Numbered from the stretch's first letter, positions 16,516-26,215 are shown. The stretch is 64,000 nucleotides of DNA from an uncultured Marivita sp. (GCF_947488135.1 NZ_CANKYW010000011.1:2206-66205); one strand, 5' to 3'. Notes: generated by a model not told the origin, from the sequence alone. A program made the numbers and translations.

Positions 16516-16902
16516 TCACAGTCCTTCGTCATAGCTGTGCGCGCATTCAACGTAGCGGTCCGCATGATCGAGGGTGATGCTGTCGCCCGTGATGTCCCAG
16601 GTCAGCGTGCCGTAGCCGCCCTCGTTGTTCTCGAACCCCGGGTGATGGTGATAAGCGAGTGACCAGGCGAAGTCGCCAACCTCTGTCAAAAGCGCCTCCG
16701 GCAGTTTGACCTCCGCAGGCTGCACATTCACGTCCTCGACATTGCCAGAGTCGCCATAGCCTTCGTATTCGGCGGTGACCTCGCTGATGCCAAGCGCGCG
16801 TAGTTGCGTAAGCAGCTCCGCTCGGGATGCTTTCAGGGTGGTTTCGCGCTCTGCGCGCCACTGAGCCGCCATTGCGGCATAGTCGATCTGGGGATTGGTC
16901 AT
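16516..16902 (-). CDS. Strongly acidic small protein
   Basis: 128 aa with about 22 Asp/Glu versus about 7 Arg/Lys by hand count. First gene of a tightly packed three-gene unit. Confidence 0.6.
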   Translation of the reverse strand: MTNPQIDYAAMAAQWRAERETTLKASRAELLTQLRALGISEVTAEYEGYGDSGNVEDVNVQPAEVKLPEALLTEVGDFAWSLAYHHHPGFENNEGGYGTLTWDITGDSITLDHADRYVECAHSYDEGL

Positions 16903-17023
16903 GGGTCCGTCCTCTTGTCTGAATTTGGGGGGCCGGGCGTGGCATTGGTCAGCCCCCTCCCGGAAAGCGCAGACCGGTCAAATCCAGATCCGCGACGACC
17001 GACCCAAAGCCCGCTTTGACTTT

Positions 17024-20000
17024 TCAGGCGGCTTGGTCTGCCGTGATGGCAGGCCTCTGCCCCACGATCCGGGCCAGAATGCTTTCCGTGTCGATCCCGT
17101 CCCCATGCGGCAGGAACACCCGCAGCTGGAAGACGATGATCTCAGTGAAACAGCCAAGCGCTTTGAGGCTTTCGATCATACCCCGATCCGCACCGCCCAG
17201 CTCGAGGCGCATCTCGCCTGCGACGCGGCGACGGGTCAGGGTCAGACCCCGGCCCAGATCGACAGATACGGTGGTGCCGAGGGCGGCGGTCAGAATATCC
17301 TCCGGTGTTTGCGGATTGGAGACGAGGAAGCGGGAGCGCAGCGCGGCCGCCCCTTCTTCGCTCAGCGTGCGCCCGATCATCGCCGTCGCCCCGTCCGGCG
17401 TGACCCGGTAGATACGTTCATTGGTGGTCGGAATATCCTTCCAGATCGGCAGCAGCAGCCCGATCAGCAGGTAGAGCTTGGTCGTGGTGGTCTTGGGAAG
17501 TGCAGCGGCCTCGGCATCCCAAAGCCCTGCAAACTCAGGCTTGCCGATCTCTTCCCAGGCCGAGGACTCGAACCGCGTCTCCTCGAGGTAGCTCGACCCA
17601 TTGGGCCGCACCGCCTTGCGCATCAGCGTGACGATGTCCTCGTCATACATCTGCATGGGCCGCGCCGAGATGAGAGCCGCGCGGCCGGAGGCGCGATTTA
17701 CCATGGGTAGCTTGTCGGGATTGCGCGAAATGGCCTCTTCGGCACTAAGGACGTGGACCGGGTCGGTGACCTCCAGCCCGATGATCCGCGTCACCGCGCC
17801 GGATTTCGGGCAGGTCCAGAGATCCTCTGTGGAGACCTGCTCGATCCTTTCGCCACGCAGGGTTTCCACGCCGAGATCGAGCGTACCCGCTGCGCGCGCC
17901 CGTTCAGTCTGATCGGCAATCCGCCTCATGAACTCGGCAAAGAGCGCGTTCTGCATGTGGATGGGAAGGGCCAGAACCCGGTTCAGAAACCGCTGGATCG
18001 GGGGAAGCTCCTCAAGGAGAACCCCGTCCTTGTCGATCAGTCGCAGGGCCGTCCAGTCGGTGAAGCTCTCGTAGCTCATCGCCTCAGCGCGCCCGGCGGC
18101 AAGATCGGCGAAATACCCGCGCAATGCCGCCCGCGCGATCGGGCTTTCGAGATTGTCCTCCTCGCGGAACATGCCTTGCGAGCCGGTTTCGCGCTGGCCC
18201 TTGGTCAAGGCTCCCAACTGGTCGAGGCGTTTGGCGATTGTCGAGGTGAAGCGCTTCTCGCCATGCACATCGGAGGTGCAGACCCGGAAGAAGGGCGCAC
18301 TGACCTGGGCCGAGCGATGCGTGCGGCCGAGCCCCTGGATGGCCGCATCGGCGCGCCAGCCGGGCTCCAGCAGGTAGTGCCGCCGCCGCTTCTGGTTTTT
18401 CGCGGTTTGCGCCGCATGATAGGACCGACCCGTGCCGCCCGCGTCCGAGAAGATCAGGATATCCTTCTCGCCGTCCATGAAGGCTTGGGTCTCGGAGGAA
18501 TTGCTGCTGGCCGAGCGTTTCTCGATGAAGAGGTGTCCATCCTCGGCCTTCAAGGGACGGATCGAGCGCCCGGTCACTTCCGCCACGGCCTCGTCGCCAA
18601 AGACCCAGAGGATCTGATCCAGCGCCGAAGGGATCGGCGCCAGCGTCATCAACTCCATCATGGCCGCGTCGCGCAGGGCGAGCGCCTCGCGCGAGACGAC
18701 CAGCGCGCCAGTTTCATCGCGGAGCGGCTCGGCCACCATATTGCCGTCGATCTCGACCAGCTTTTGCGCATGGATCGGGAAAGCCTGTTCGAGGTATCCC
18801 AGGACGTAGTCGCGCGGCGTTAGCGCGCCCTCGACGAGTTCATCCTCCGGGTCCATCGTCTCAAGCCGGCGTTTCAGCAGGCTCTCACCTGTCGAGACCA
18901 CCTGGATGACGCAAGCCTTGCCCGCCGCCAGATCTTCCTCGATGGCGCGGATGATGGTCGGAGCTTTCATACCCATCAGGAGATGGTTGAAGAAGCGCTG
19001 CTTCGTGCTTTCAAACCGGGACTTGGCCGAGGCGCGAGCGGCCGAGGCATTGGTCTCTCCCGAGGCGTCGTTGACGCCGGTCGCTGTCAGCGCGGCCTCG
19101 AGATTGTGGTGGATCGTGCGAAACGCACCCGCATAGGCGTCGTAGATCTCGATCTGGGCAGGGGTGAGCGCGTGCTCGAGCACGTCATACTCCACGCCAT
19201 CGAAGCTGAGGGCGCGGGCCGTGTAGAGACCGAGCGTCTTGAGATCACGCACGACCACCTCCATGGCGGCGACACCGCCTGCTTCCATCGCCGAGACGAA
19301 ACTCTCGCGGCTCGGGAAGGGGTATTCGGGCCCCAGCCCCCAGAGACCGAGACGCGCGGCGTAGGCGAGGTTGTGCACGCTCGTGGCGCCTGTGGCCGAG
19401 ATGTAGAAGACACGGGCGCGCGGGGCCGCGAGTTGCAGCCGGAGGCCTGCAAGGCCCTGCCGCGAGGGTTTGACCCCCCTGCCCTGCTCTGACCCGGCCG
19501 CATTCTGCATGGCATGGGCCTCATCAAAGGCCAGCACGCCGTCGAACTCCGCGCCCATCCAGGCGAGGATTTGGCTCAGCCGCGTGGTGCCGCATTTGCC
19601 CGCGGAGCGCAGCGTGGCGTAGGTGACGAAGAGGATACCGTCGCCCATCGGGACGGGCTGGTCCGGTTTCCATTTGGAGAGCGGCTGGATGTCGGCGGGC
19701 GAGCCGCCAAGATCGGTCCAATCGCGGATCGCGTCCTCGATGAGCGTGGCGGATTTGGAGACCCAGATGGCCTTCCTGCGTCCGGCCAGCCAGTTCACGA
19801 GAATGAGCCCCGCGCATTCGCGGCCCTTGCCGCAACCGGTGCCGTCCCCGAGGAAATAGCCGAGGCGATAGGCCCGTGCATCCGGGTCATCATCGGCGCG
19901 CGTCAGCTTGGTCTGGTCGTCATCGATCGTGAATCGACCGGGCAGGTCGCGCCCATGGGCATCATGCGCCATGATGATGGTTTCCAGCTGCGCCTTGGAG

Positions 20001-21286
20001 AGATGTCCCTCCTCGATCAGTCTGGCAGGCAGGCGCAATTCCGCACTGGCCGTGCCTGAGGGCACCGGCGGTGCGACAGAGGCCATGGCGATGCTTTCGA
20101 CGAGTGGCGTTGGATGTTCCTGCGCGCCCGCGATCTCGATCCGCTGCGGACGGTAGCGCGCATAGATGTCCGAGATCGGGGTGTTGTCGCGCGGGATATC
20201 AAGGCTCGTGAAAACTAGCGGGACAACGGCATTGGCCCGGGGTTTGGAGGCGGCGACAGGCGCAGCGGCGGTCTTGCGCGGAGCAGAGGATGGAACGGTC
20301 GGCCGAGCATGAGGGATCGCCGCTGCCTGTTGTACGGGGCGCATCTCGGGCCGGGTTGCGGCCACGGCGTCGACAAAAGGAAGGGCTTCATCTAAGTCCC
20401 GGACACTGGCGCGGATCATCTCGCCGTCTTCCTGCACCTTGTCGAAGACCATCAGCTGGGTTTCCACAGTTGTGCCGAGCTTGCGGTAGACCTGTCCCGG
20501 CATCGTGAGGGCCAGGCGCGGCGTCAGGAGACCGCAAGCGCGTGACCAATGCGCGGCATCGCGTTCGGGCGTGAACCCCGGCGGCATAATCGCCACAAGC
20601 CGCCCGCCGGGTGCCAAGCGCTTCGCGGCCGCGATGAGATGTTTGGCGGCGATGTGCTTGTCTCGGGAGCGATCGACCGAGGAGGCGAAGGGCGGGTTCA
20701 TCACCGCGACGTCGGGTAGAACCGGCGACTGCAGCAGATCGTCGATATGCTCGCCGTCATGGCCCGTCACATCGCCGCCAAAGACCGCGCACAAAAGGCG
20801 CTGGCGAAAGGGGTCGATGTCGTTGAGCACAAGCGTGGCACCAGCCCGGGTAGCGAAAGCAGCCAGGGCACCGGTGCCAGCCGAGGGCTCCAGCACGGTC
20901 TCGCCCTTGCTGATCGCCGCCGCCCGCGAGACCAGCGCCGCAAATGGCAGCGGCGTGGAAAACTGCTGCAGCCGGATCTGCTGCTCTGACCGGCGCGTTT
21001 CCGTCAGGAGCCGTGAGGCAAGCAGCTTTGCAGCGGCGATATCACCTGCCGCGCCGTCCCCACGCAGCAGCACCTGGACAGCCGCAGCCTGCATCAGGTC
21101 ATATGCCATGCGCCAGTCCCAGGCACCGCCAGCATCGCTGCCATGAAACGTCTCGCGCATGATGCGCGCGAGCGCTGAGCTACGCAGGGGTTGATGGTCG
21201 ATCTCCGCGCCGATTTCCGCCAGCGCAGTGGCGAGATCAGCGTTGGAGATTGAAAGAGTCGGGTTCGCCGTTTTGGGCTTGGTCAT
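17024..21286 (-). CDS. N6-adenine methyltransferase fused to a strawberry-notch/SNF2-like helicase
   Basis: About 1420 aa. SAM motif I VLEPSAGTGALA, motif IV VMNPPF. Helicase P-loop LGDGTGCGKGRE and AFDEAHAMQN. ATG 21286 is preferred over the TTG at 21328. Confidence 0.85.
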   Translation of the reverse strand: MTKPKTANPTLSISNADLATALAEIGAEIDHQPLRSSALARIMRETFHGSDAGGAWDWRMAYDLMQAAAVQVLLRGDGAAGDIAAAKLLASRLLTETRRSEQQIRLQQFSTPLPFAALVSRAAAISKGETVLEPSAGTGALAAFATRAGATLVLNDIDPFRQRLLCAVFGGDVTGHDGEHIDDLLQSPVLPDVAVMNPPFASSVDRSRDKHIAAKHLIAAAKRLAPGGRLVAIMPPGFTPERDAAHWSRACGLLTPRLALTMPGQVYRKLGTTVETQLMVFDKVQEDGEMIRASVRDLDEALPFVDAVAATRPEMRPVQQAAAIPHARPTVPSSAPRKTAAAPVAASKPRANAVVPLVFTSLDIPRDNTPISDIYARYRPQRIEIAGAQEHPTPLVESIAMASVAPPVPSGTASAELRLPARLIEEGHLSKAQLETIIMAHDAHGRDLPGRFTIDDDQTKLTRADDDPDARAYRLGYFLGDGTGCGKGRECAGLILVNWLAGRRKAIWVSKSATLIEDAIRDWTDLGGSPADIQPLSKWKPDQPVPMGDGILFVTYATLRSAGKCGTTRLSQILAWMGAEFDGVLAFDEAHAMQNAAGSEQGRGVKPSRQGLAGLRLQLAAPRARVFYISATGATSVHNLAYAARLGLWGLGPEYPFPSRESFVSAMEAGGVAAMEVVVRDLKTLGLYTARALSFDGVEYDVLEHALTPAQIEIYDAYAGAFRTIHHNLEAALTATGVNDASGETNASAARASAKSRFESTKQRFFNHLLMGMKAPTIIRAIEEDLAAGKACVIQVVSTGESLLKRRLETMDPEDELVEGALTPRDYVLGYLEQAFPIHAQKLVEIDGNMVAEPLRDETGALVVSREALALRDAAMMELMTLAPIPSALDQILWVFGDEAVAEVTGRSIRPLKAEDGHLFIEKRSASSNSSETQAFMDGEKDILIFSDAGGTGRSYHAAQTAKNQKRRRHYLLEPGWRADAAIQGLGRTHRSAQVSAPFFRVCTSDVHGEKRFTSTIAKRLDQLGALTKGQRETGSQGMFREEDNLESPIARAALRGYFADLAAGRAEAMSYESFTDWTALRLIDKDGVLLEELPPIQRFLNRVLALPIHMQNALFAEFMRRIADQTERARAAGTLDLGVETLRGERIEQVSTEDLWTCPKSGAVTRIIGLEVTDPVHVLSAEEAISRNPDKLPMVNRASGRAALISARPMQMYDEDIVTLMRKAVRPNGSSYLEETRFESSAWEEIGKPEFAGLWDAEAAALPKTTTTKLYLLIGLLLPIWKDIPTTNERIYRVTPDGATAMIGRTLSEEGAAALRSRFLVSNPQTPEDILTAALGTTVSVDLGRGLTLTRRRVAGEMRLELGGADRGMIESLKALGCFTEIIVFQLRVFLPHGDGIDTESILARIVGQRPAITADQAA

Positions 21287-21388
21287 GGGGATTTTCCTTT
21301 GGATCAAGGTCTGAGTTCCAAAGGACAAAAAGCCCTCTTTTGCTTTTCGGGGTGATGAGGTCAGACCGCGCTGACCTCCAAGGCTTGG

Positions 21389-21547
21389 TCAGGACTTGGG
21401 TTCGACCTGCCGCTTCGCATCAATCAATGCCTGTGCGGCCTGCATCACCTGAACCTGTGAAGTTCCAGCGTGTGCATCCTCGAGCGCGGCCTTTACCGTC
21501 ATGCGAAACCACGCGTCATACGCATTCGCTTCAGCGGCCACGGACAT
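21389..21547 (-). CDS. Small antitoxin-like (stability-determinant-like) protein
   Basis: 52 aa from ATG 21547. AYDAWFRMTVKAALEDAHAG..VQVMQAAQALI fits the YDxWFRxKVxxALxD...VM...LI pattern I associate with small plasmid stability determinants. No toxin partner downstream. Confidence 0.4.
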   Translation of the reverse strand: MSVAAEANAYDAWFRMTVKAALEDAHAGTSQVQVMQAAQALIDAKRQVEPKS

Positions 21548-21695
21548 ACTCCTCGAGATCCATATCCAGCAGCTTGCCGAGGTCATCGGGCATGTCTGCA
21601 ACGCGCACAGAAAATTGCGAATGCTTCCATTTCATCCGAGATGCGCCTTGCCCACCAGTGCCGAAGTACGGTTCTTCCTTACCCGTTGGGTCCAT
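21531..21695 (-). CDS. Small ORF below the track threshold (54 aa)
   Basis: ATG 21695 preceded by a GGAGAAAG RBS. MDPTGKEEPYFGTGGQGASRMKWKHSQFSVRVADMPDDLGKLLDMDLEEYVRGR. Overlaps the next small ORF by 17 nt. Confidence 0.3.
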   Translation of the reverse strand: MDPTGKEEPYFGTGGQGASRMKWKHSQFSVRVADMPDDLGKLLDMDLEEYVRGR

Positions 21696-21790
21696 TGCGC
21701 TTTCTCCGACTATACTATGGGTCGATGCTACATCACCCAGAGTGGTGCCGTAACCGGCAAGGCCGTAAGGTTCACAGCTAACCGGGCCAC

Positions 21791-22309
21791 TTACCGATCG
21801 GGCGCCGCTTCGACAGCCGTCTCGAACCGCTTGTCCGCCGCCGCAGCGTCTTTCAAGAGCACGTCGAAATTGTCAGGTGGATTTCCATCTTCCAGCATCC
21901 CTTTGAACGTCGCATAGGCATCCGTCTTGCTGCCGTAGGCGCGCAGAGTCTTATCGTCGTTCACCCAGGCCACCAGGATGACCTTGGCATCGCTGTTGAA
22001 GCGGTAGAACAACCGATACTTCTGGAAGAATTTCGCCCGGAACCAGTGCTTGCGATGATCGCCGAGCGTGCCGCCTTGCCGGAAAGCGGCGGCACCCGGG
22101 TCCGCCGGTATGGCCTCGGTGACCAGCTTGAAGATGGCTGCCAGCCGTTTCGTGGGGTTTTTCTTGCGCCAGGTCTTTGGATCGCGTGCCTTACGCGCTT
22201 CAACCTCCTCGATCAGCCCTTCGAGCTGGTCCAGAAAGAGCGGATGCGCATAGATCGACCATCCGTTTACGACGAGGGGCGCTTGGGCTGGCACGCTATC
22301 GCCGCTCAT
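21791..22309 (-). CDS. yhaV: Type II toxin YhaV (ribonuclease)
   Basis: 172 aa. VNGWSIYAHPLF, KHWFRAKF..YRLFYRF, VILVAWVNDDKTLRAYGSKTDAYATFKGML are nearly collinear with E. coli YhaV. ATGA overlap with prlF. Confidence 0.85.
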   Translation of the reverse strand: MSGDSVPAQAPLVVNGWSIYAHPLFLDQLEGLIEEVEARKARDPKTWRKKNPTKRLAAIFKLVTEAIPADPGAAAFRQGGTLGDHRKHWFRAKFFQKYRLFYRFNSDAKVILVAWVNDDKTLRAYGSKTDAYATFKGMLEDGNPPDNFDVLLKDAAAADKRFETAVEAAPDR

Positions 22310-22632
22310 TCATCCTCGAGCGATAGCGGCGCATCGAGATCGACGTCAACGTCTCCGACCAGTGCTGCTAGACGGCCATGCAAAGCCCCATTGAACGCCC
22401 GAATGCGGTCCGGATGCGCCTTGATATCGGCCTCGACAAAATCGAGAAAGGCGCCGAGCGCAGGATCATCCTCGTCGCTGCGCACGGGCTCGATATAGAC
22501 CCTGCCACTCGGCTCGGTGCAGTAGCGAATCTGGTCGCCCTTGCCCAGCTTGAGCTGTTTGCGCACACCCGCCGGCACGGTCGTCTGATACCGATCCGTG
22601 AGTTTCGAGACATCTTGTGCGAGCGCTGTCAT
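22306..22632 (-). CDS. prlF: Antitoxin PrlF (AbrB/SpoVT-type)
   Basis: 108 aa from ATG 22632. TDRYQTTVPAGVRKQLKLGKGDQIRY is the swapped-hairpin DNA-binding motif. Acidic tail. Confidence 0.8.
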   Translation of the reverse strand: MTALAQDVSKLTDRYQTTVPAGVRKQLKLGKGDQIRYCTEPSGRVYIEPVRSDEDDPALGAFLDFVEADIKAHPDRIRAFNGALHGRLAALVGDVDVDLDAPLSLEDE

Positions 22633-22756
22633 GGCAGTCTCCTGAAAGAATGGGGTCTTTGCTGCCTGCGATAGGTAATGCATTTGCATTGCCCTGTCAA
22701 GATAAGCCGCAGGATCTGCTGTCGCCGGCAGGTCGATCAACGGTTCGGCACAGCAC

Positions 22757-23413
22757 CTATTCTCGCCCCGCCAGGAACTCCGCCAGCACTGGGCTGACCG
22801 CGCCCTTTGCGGAGCTGAGCAGCTCCGAGCCCGCAAGCGAGGCCTTCGAGAGACGTACGAGCCCACCGGTTTCCTCGATGCGATAACAGCGACGCTTTTG
22901 CCGCCCGCGCCTGTAGTGCGTCGCGGTGACGATCTGGCAGGTGCTGCCGTCGGTCAGGGTCACAGGTGCTGCAAGCTTGATCTTGTCGCCTTCGGCATAG
23001 TCCGGGATCGCAGCCCAGTCCCGGCAACGCTGGCGCCAGGCATGGGCGTAGCTGGCCGGGTCTTTCAGGTCGGAGAGGAGCTCGATCAGCCCAAAGGGAG
23101 CGCGAGACTCGTTCGAGCCAGCGCTTTCCTCCATATCCTTGTAGCCCCAGCAGCCATCATCGTATCGGGTGAGGAAGACAGCCCCGAAGGTGATCGAGCC
23201 GTCAGGATCGGTGACATAGGTTGCGTCTTCGACAGGGGTGCCGTCGAGACTTGTGACCTTTGCCGCCGCATACCAGGTGGAGCCAACCTTGCAGGCCTTG
23301 ACCAGTTCGGTCTCGCGCGTGTCGCCCTCGAAGGTGCAAAGCCGCGTGATTTCCGCCTTCTCATCCGCGTAGGATTTGACGCGACGGTCCGTGTAGAAGA
23401 GCCAACCCATCAC
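22757..23413 (-). CDS. Hypothetical protein (conserved-looking, unknown function)
   Basis: 218 aa. 4-nt overlap with the upstream gene. No motif recognised. Confidence 0.55.
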   Translation of the reverse strand: MMGWLFYTDRRVKSYADEKAEITRLCTFEGDTRETELVKACKVGSTWYAAAKVTSLDGTPVEDATYVTDPDGSITFGAVFLTRYDDGCWGYKDMEESAGSNESRAPFGLIELLSDLKDPASYAHAWRQRCRDWAAIPDYAEGDKIKLAAPVTLTDGSTCQIVTATHYRRGRQKRRCYRIEETGGLVRLSKASLAGSELLSSAKGAVSPVLAEFLAGRE

Positions 23414-24003
23414 GCCACCCTCCGATCATCGAGTTCCATGAGCGCATCGAGCGGCACGCGATAGGGCTGCATGGCGTCGAAATCCTCGCAATTGCCGCAG
23501 TTCTGCACGATCGCGAAGGTGTCGCAGGCATCCTTGAGGATGACCCGGAAGGTGCCGCCGAGCCCCGAGGGCACCTCGTAGGTCCCGCCGATGAGATAGT
23601 CCGAGGCCCGGCGCACGAAGACGCGGATGCTGTGGCCATCGGTGGCGAGGCGGATGGCCCACTGCCCTCGGTCGATAAGCACCTGCACATCGTCGAGGAT
23701 GTCGGTGTAGAACTGGCCGGTCAAATCGCGAAACGCCATGCGGCGCTGCGCCATCCAGTCGGTGTCCCGAAACGGGTTCATGCCATCGGCGAAAGCAAAG
23801 GACGGATCGGCCTGCTCGGTCGTGACGATGCGGGTGGTCGTGCCATCGATGCCATTCGAGCGCAGATGCACGCCGTTGCCGATGATGAGGATCAGGGCCG
23901 GCCTGTCCACGGGTCCGTTCCAGTTGGGCAGGAAGGTCTTGCAGGCGCGCGCATGGGCGATCTGCGCCGCAACTGCGGAGGCAGAGAACTTGAGAATAGC
24001 CAT
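23410..24003 (-). CDS. Hypothetical protein (possibly DUF3085-like)
   Basis: 197 aa. The family assignment is only a recollection. Confidence 0.5.
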   Translation of the reverse strand: MAILKFSASAVAAQIAHARACKTFLPNWNGPVDRPALILIIGNGVHLRSNGIDGTTTRIVTTEQADPSFAFADGMNPFRDTDWMAQRRMAFRDLTGQFYTDILDDVQVLIDRGQWAIRLATDGHSIRVFVRRASDYLIGGTYEVPSGLGGTFRVILKDACDTFAIVQNCGNCEDFDAMQPYRVPLDALMELDDRRVA

Positions 24004-24077
24004 GGGGATGTCTTTCTGTTCGGTTTGGAAGAGGGTCGACCCGCGCAGGGAATGCCTCGCGCGGGTCGCGTGATGGC

Positions 24078-26060
24078 TCAGGCCGCTTGCGCGAACTCGC
24101 CGTCAGGTTCCGGGGTTTCCGTGATCGGCGCCGTCTCATCACAGGCGCCACCGGCGGTCTGCATCATCGGCGGGCACCAGGCGGCAACGGCAGCGCGCTG
24201 CGCGTCCGTGAGTGTGGCGAAGGGTTCGGCAAAGAGCTTGTCGCAGAAGGCGACGATTTCCTTCTTGCTCGACGAGGCCAGCGTCACCGCCTCCTGGGCG
24301 AGACCCAGATCCTCGCCGAGGATCTTCAAGAGCCAGGCCTTCTTGAAGCGGTTGAAGAGCGCCGCGTTCGGCGTCCAGTGGGCGCGAATGTTGGGCATGA
24401 TCTCGATCTCGAAGTCATGCATCAGGCTGTCGCGCTGCCGATCCCGGGCAAAGCAGGACTGCGTGGTGCTGGCCGTCGCATAGGCGACGAGTTTGGCCTT
24501 CTCGCCTTCCTCGAGTGCGCGAAACGCCGCGAACTGATCCGCGGGCGGGCGGGTGTCATCGAGCCACGAGAGGTCAAGCGCATCATGCGCCACCGCCGCC
24601 TGCTCAAGCGAGGTGCCATCGATCTCGTCCATCTTGGCGTGGCTGCGGTATTCCTTGCGAGCCTCTACCTTGATCGCCTGCGTGACGCTCATGCCGCGAC
24701 CCAGAACGTCGCTCACCAGCTTGAAGAGCGTCAGATCGAGCGTGGCCTCCGGATGCAGCGCCATCGCGGCGCCAAGGGCCATTGCCCGCTCGGTCTTGAG
24801 GTCCTCGGCCAGCGAGGCCGGGTAGGTGATCTCGCCGGGGTCCGGGGCCTCCTCGCCCGTTCGGTTGCTTGAAGAGCCACGCCCGCCCTCCTCTTTCGCG
24901 GTGTCCTCCGGGCGAACGAGGCCAACATGGAGCGTGGTCTGACCACCCTGCCACGACGCGATCACTCCAGATCGCGCCAGGTCCTCGGCGCTGTAGGCCT
25001 CCTGCAGATCGCGCGCTTCCTCTTCCAAGGTGTCCACGCGCTCGTAAAGGGCGTTGTAGGCGTCGTCTTCGAGCCCCTCGTCCTCCATTTCGAGCTGCAA
25101 TTTCTCAAGCTCGGCGGTGATCTCGTCCACGCGCTTCTGGGCAGCCTCATCGGGCTCGATCGGGCCGGGATAGACGCGGCCGTAGTCCGCCATGGTCGCG
25201 TAATCGTAGCGGACCATCGCATCGGCCCAGGCAAAGCCCAGCTTCATACGGGCCTCTTCGGCGGCGGCGGTCAGTTTCTCGAGCAGGATGGTCTCGACCA
25301 GCGCCGCATCCTCGAGCACGGAATGCTCTTCCAGAAGGTCAGCCGCAACGGCGCCGCCCCGCGCCTCGTAGTCCGCGCGCACGAAGGCTCCGATATCGTC
25401 GCTGACCTGCACGCCGCGGGACTTGAGCGCCTGGCGGACCGTATAAGCCTGCAGGTAGCTATCTTCCTTGGTGAGCGCCTCGAAGACCTCGCGCTGCACC
25501 TCCTGGCTCGGATGCTCCGCAAAGGCCTTCATCGTGTCGAGCGTGATCGTCTTCGCCCGAGCGGCGGCGCGGATGTCGGGATGGATCAGACCGTAGCGCA
25601 ACCGGCCTTTCACGGCGGCGATCGTGGTGCCGAAGGTCTTGGCGATGGTCTCGGGCGTCTGACCGTCGAACTCCATCATCCGCGCAAAGGCCTCGAATTC
25701 GTCGATGGCATTCATCGGCGCTTGGGTGATGTTCTCAGCAAGCGACAGCGCCGTCGTCACGTCGCAGTCTTCCGGCACGAGGCGGCAGTCGATCTTGGTC
25801 TTCGCGGTGAAGCCCTTCGCCGCCTTGTCGGCAACCAGTTCCTTCAGCGCGGCGTTGCGCCGGCCGCCAGCGAGCACGCCGTATTTGCCGTCGATCTTCT
25901 GGACCAGGAGCGGCTGGAGCAGGCCCAAGATAGCGATACTGGCCTTCAGATGTGCGATGTTCTCGGGGTCGTAGGTTTCCGGAGAGTTGCTGCGCACATT
26001 GGCGGGATGCGGAACCAGATCGCCGATGGCGACTGTGAGAGGGGCAAAGCTTGTGGTCAT
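24078..26060 (-). CDS. ParB/Srx nuclease-like domain protein (orphan, no ParA partner)
   Basis: 660 aa. N-terminal LLQPLLVQKIDGKYGVLAGGRRNAALKEL. Long acidic C-terminal region. Confidence 0.8.
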   Translation of the reverse strand: MTTSFAPLTVAIGDLVPHPANVRSNSPETYDPENIAHLKASIAILGLLQPLLVQKIDGKYGVLAGGRRNAALKELVADKAAKGFTAKTKIDCRLVPEDCDVTTALSLAENITQAPMNAIDEFEAFARMMEFDGQTPETIAKTFGTTIAAVKGRLRYGLIHPDIRAAARAKTITLDTMKAFAEHPSQEVQREVFEALTKEDSYLQAYTVRQALKSRGVQVSDDIGAFVRADYEARGGAVAADLLEEHSVLEDAALVETILLEKLTAAAEEARMKLGFAWADAMVRYDYATMADYGRVYPGPIEPDEAAQKRVDEITAELEKLQLEMEDEGLEDDAYNALYERVDTLEEEARDLQEAYSAEDLARSGVIASWQGGQTTLHVGLVRPEDTAKEEGGRGSSSNRTGEEAPDPGEITYPASLAEDLKTERAMALGAAMALHPEATLDLTLFKLVSDVLGRGMSVTQAIKVEARKEYRSHAKMDEIDGTSLEQAAVAHDALDLSWLDDTRPPADQFAAFRALEEGEKAKLVAYATASTTQSCFARDRQRDSLMHDFEIEIMPNIRAHWTPNAALFNRFKKAWLLKILGEDLGLAQEAVTLASSSKKEIVAFCDKLFAEPFATLTDAQRAAVAAWCPPMMQTAGGACDETAPITETPEPDGEFAQAA

Positions 26061-26215
26061 GGGATATCCTTCCAGGTGGGTGAGATGCGGCCTGCGCGCT
26101 TGCGCGTGACCAATCCCCGGCTTCAGGGATCACCACGACAAGAGGCCCGCTTTCCCTTTTGAGGGGTCAGTAGGCCTTCATCGTCTCAGATGTCAGGGGG
26201 GAGGAGTCCCCTGCC

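Noticed and set aside
26063-26075. Second border-like string ATATCCTTCC upstream of the ParB-like gene.
   Set aside because: It coincides with that gene's ribosome-binding site (GGAAGGA on the coding strand) and is far from the relaxase. Likely chance.
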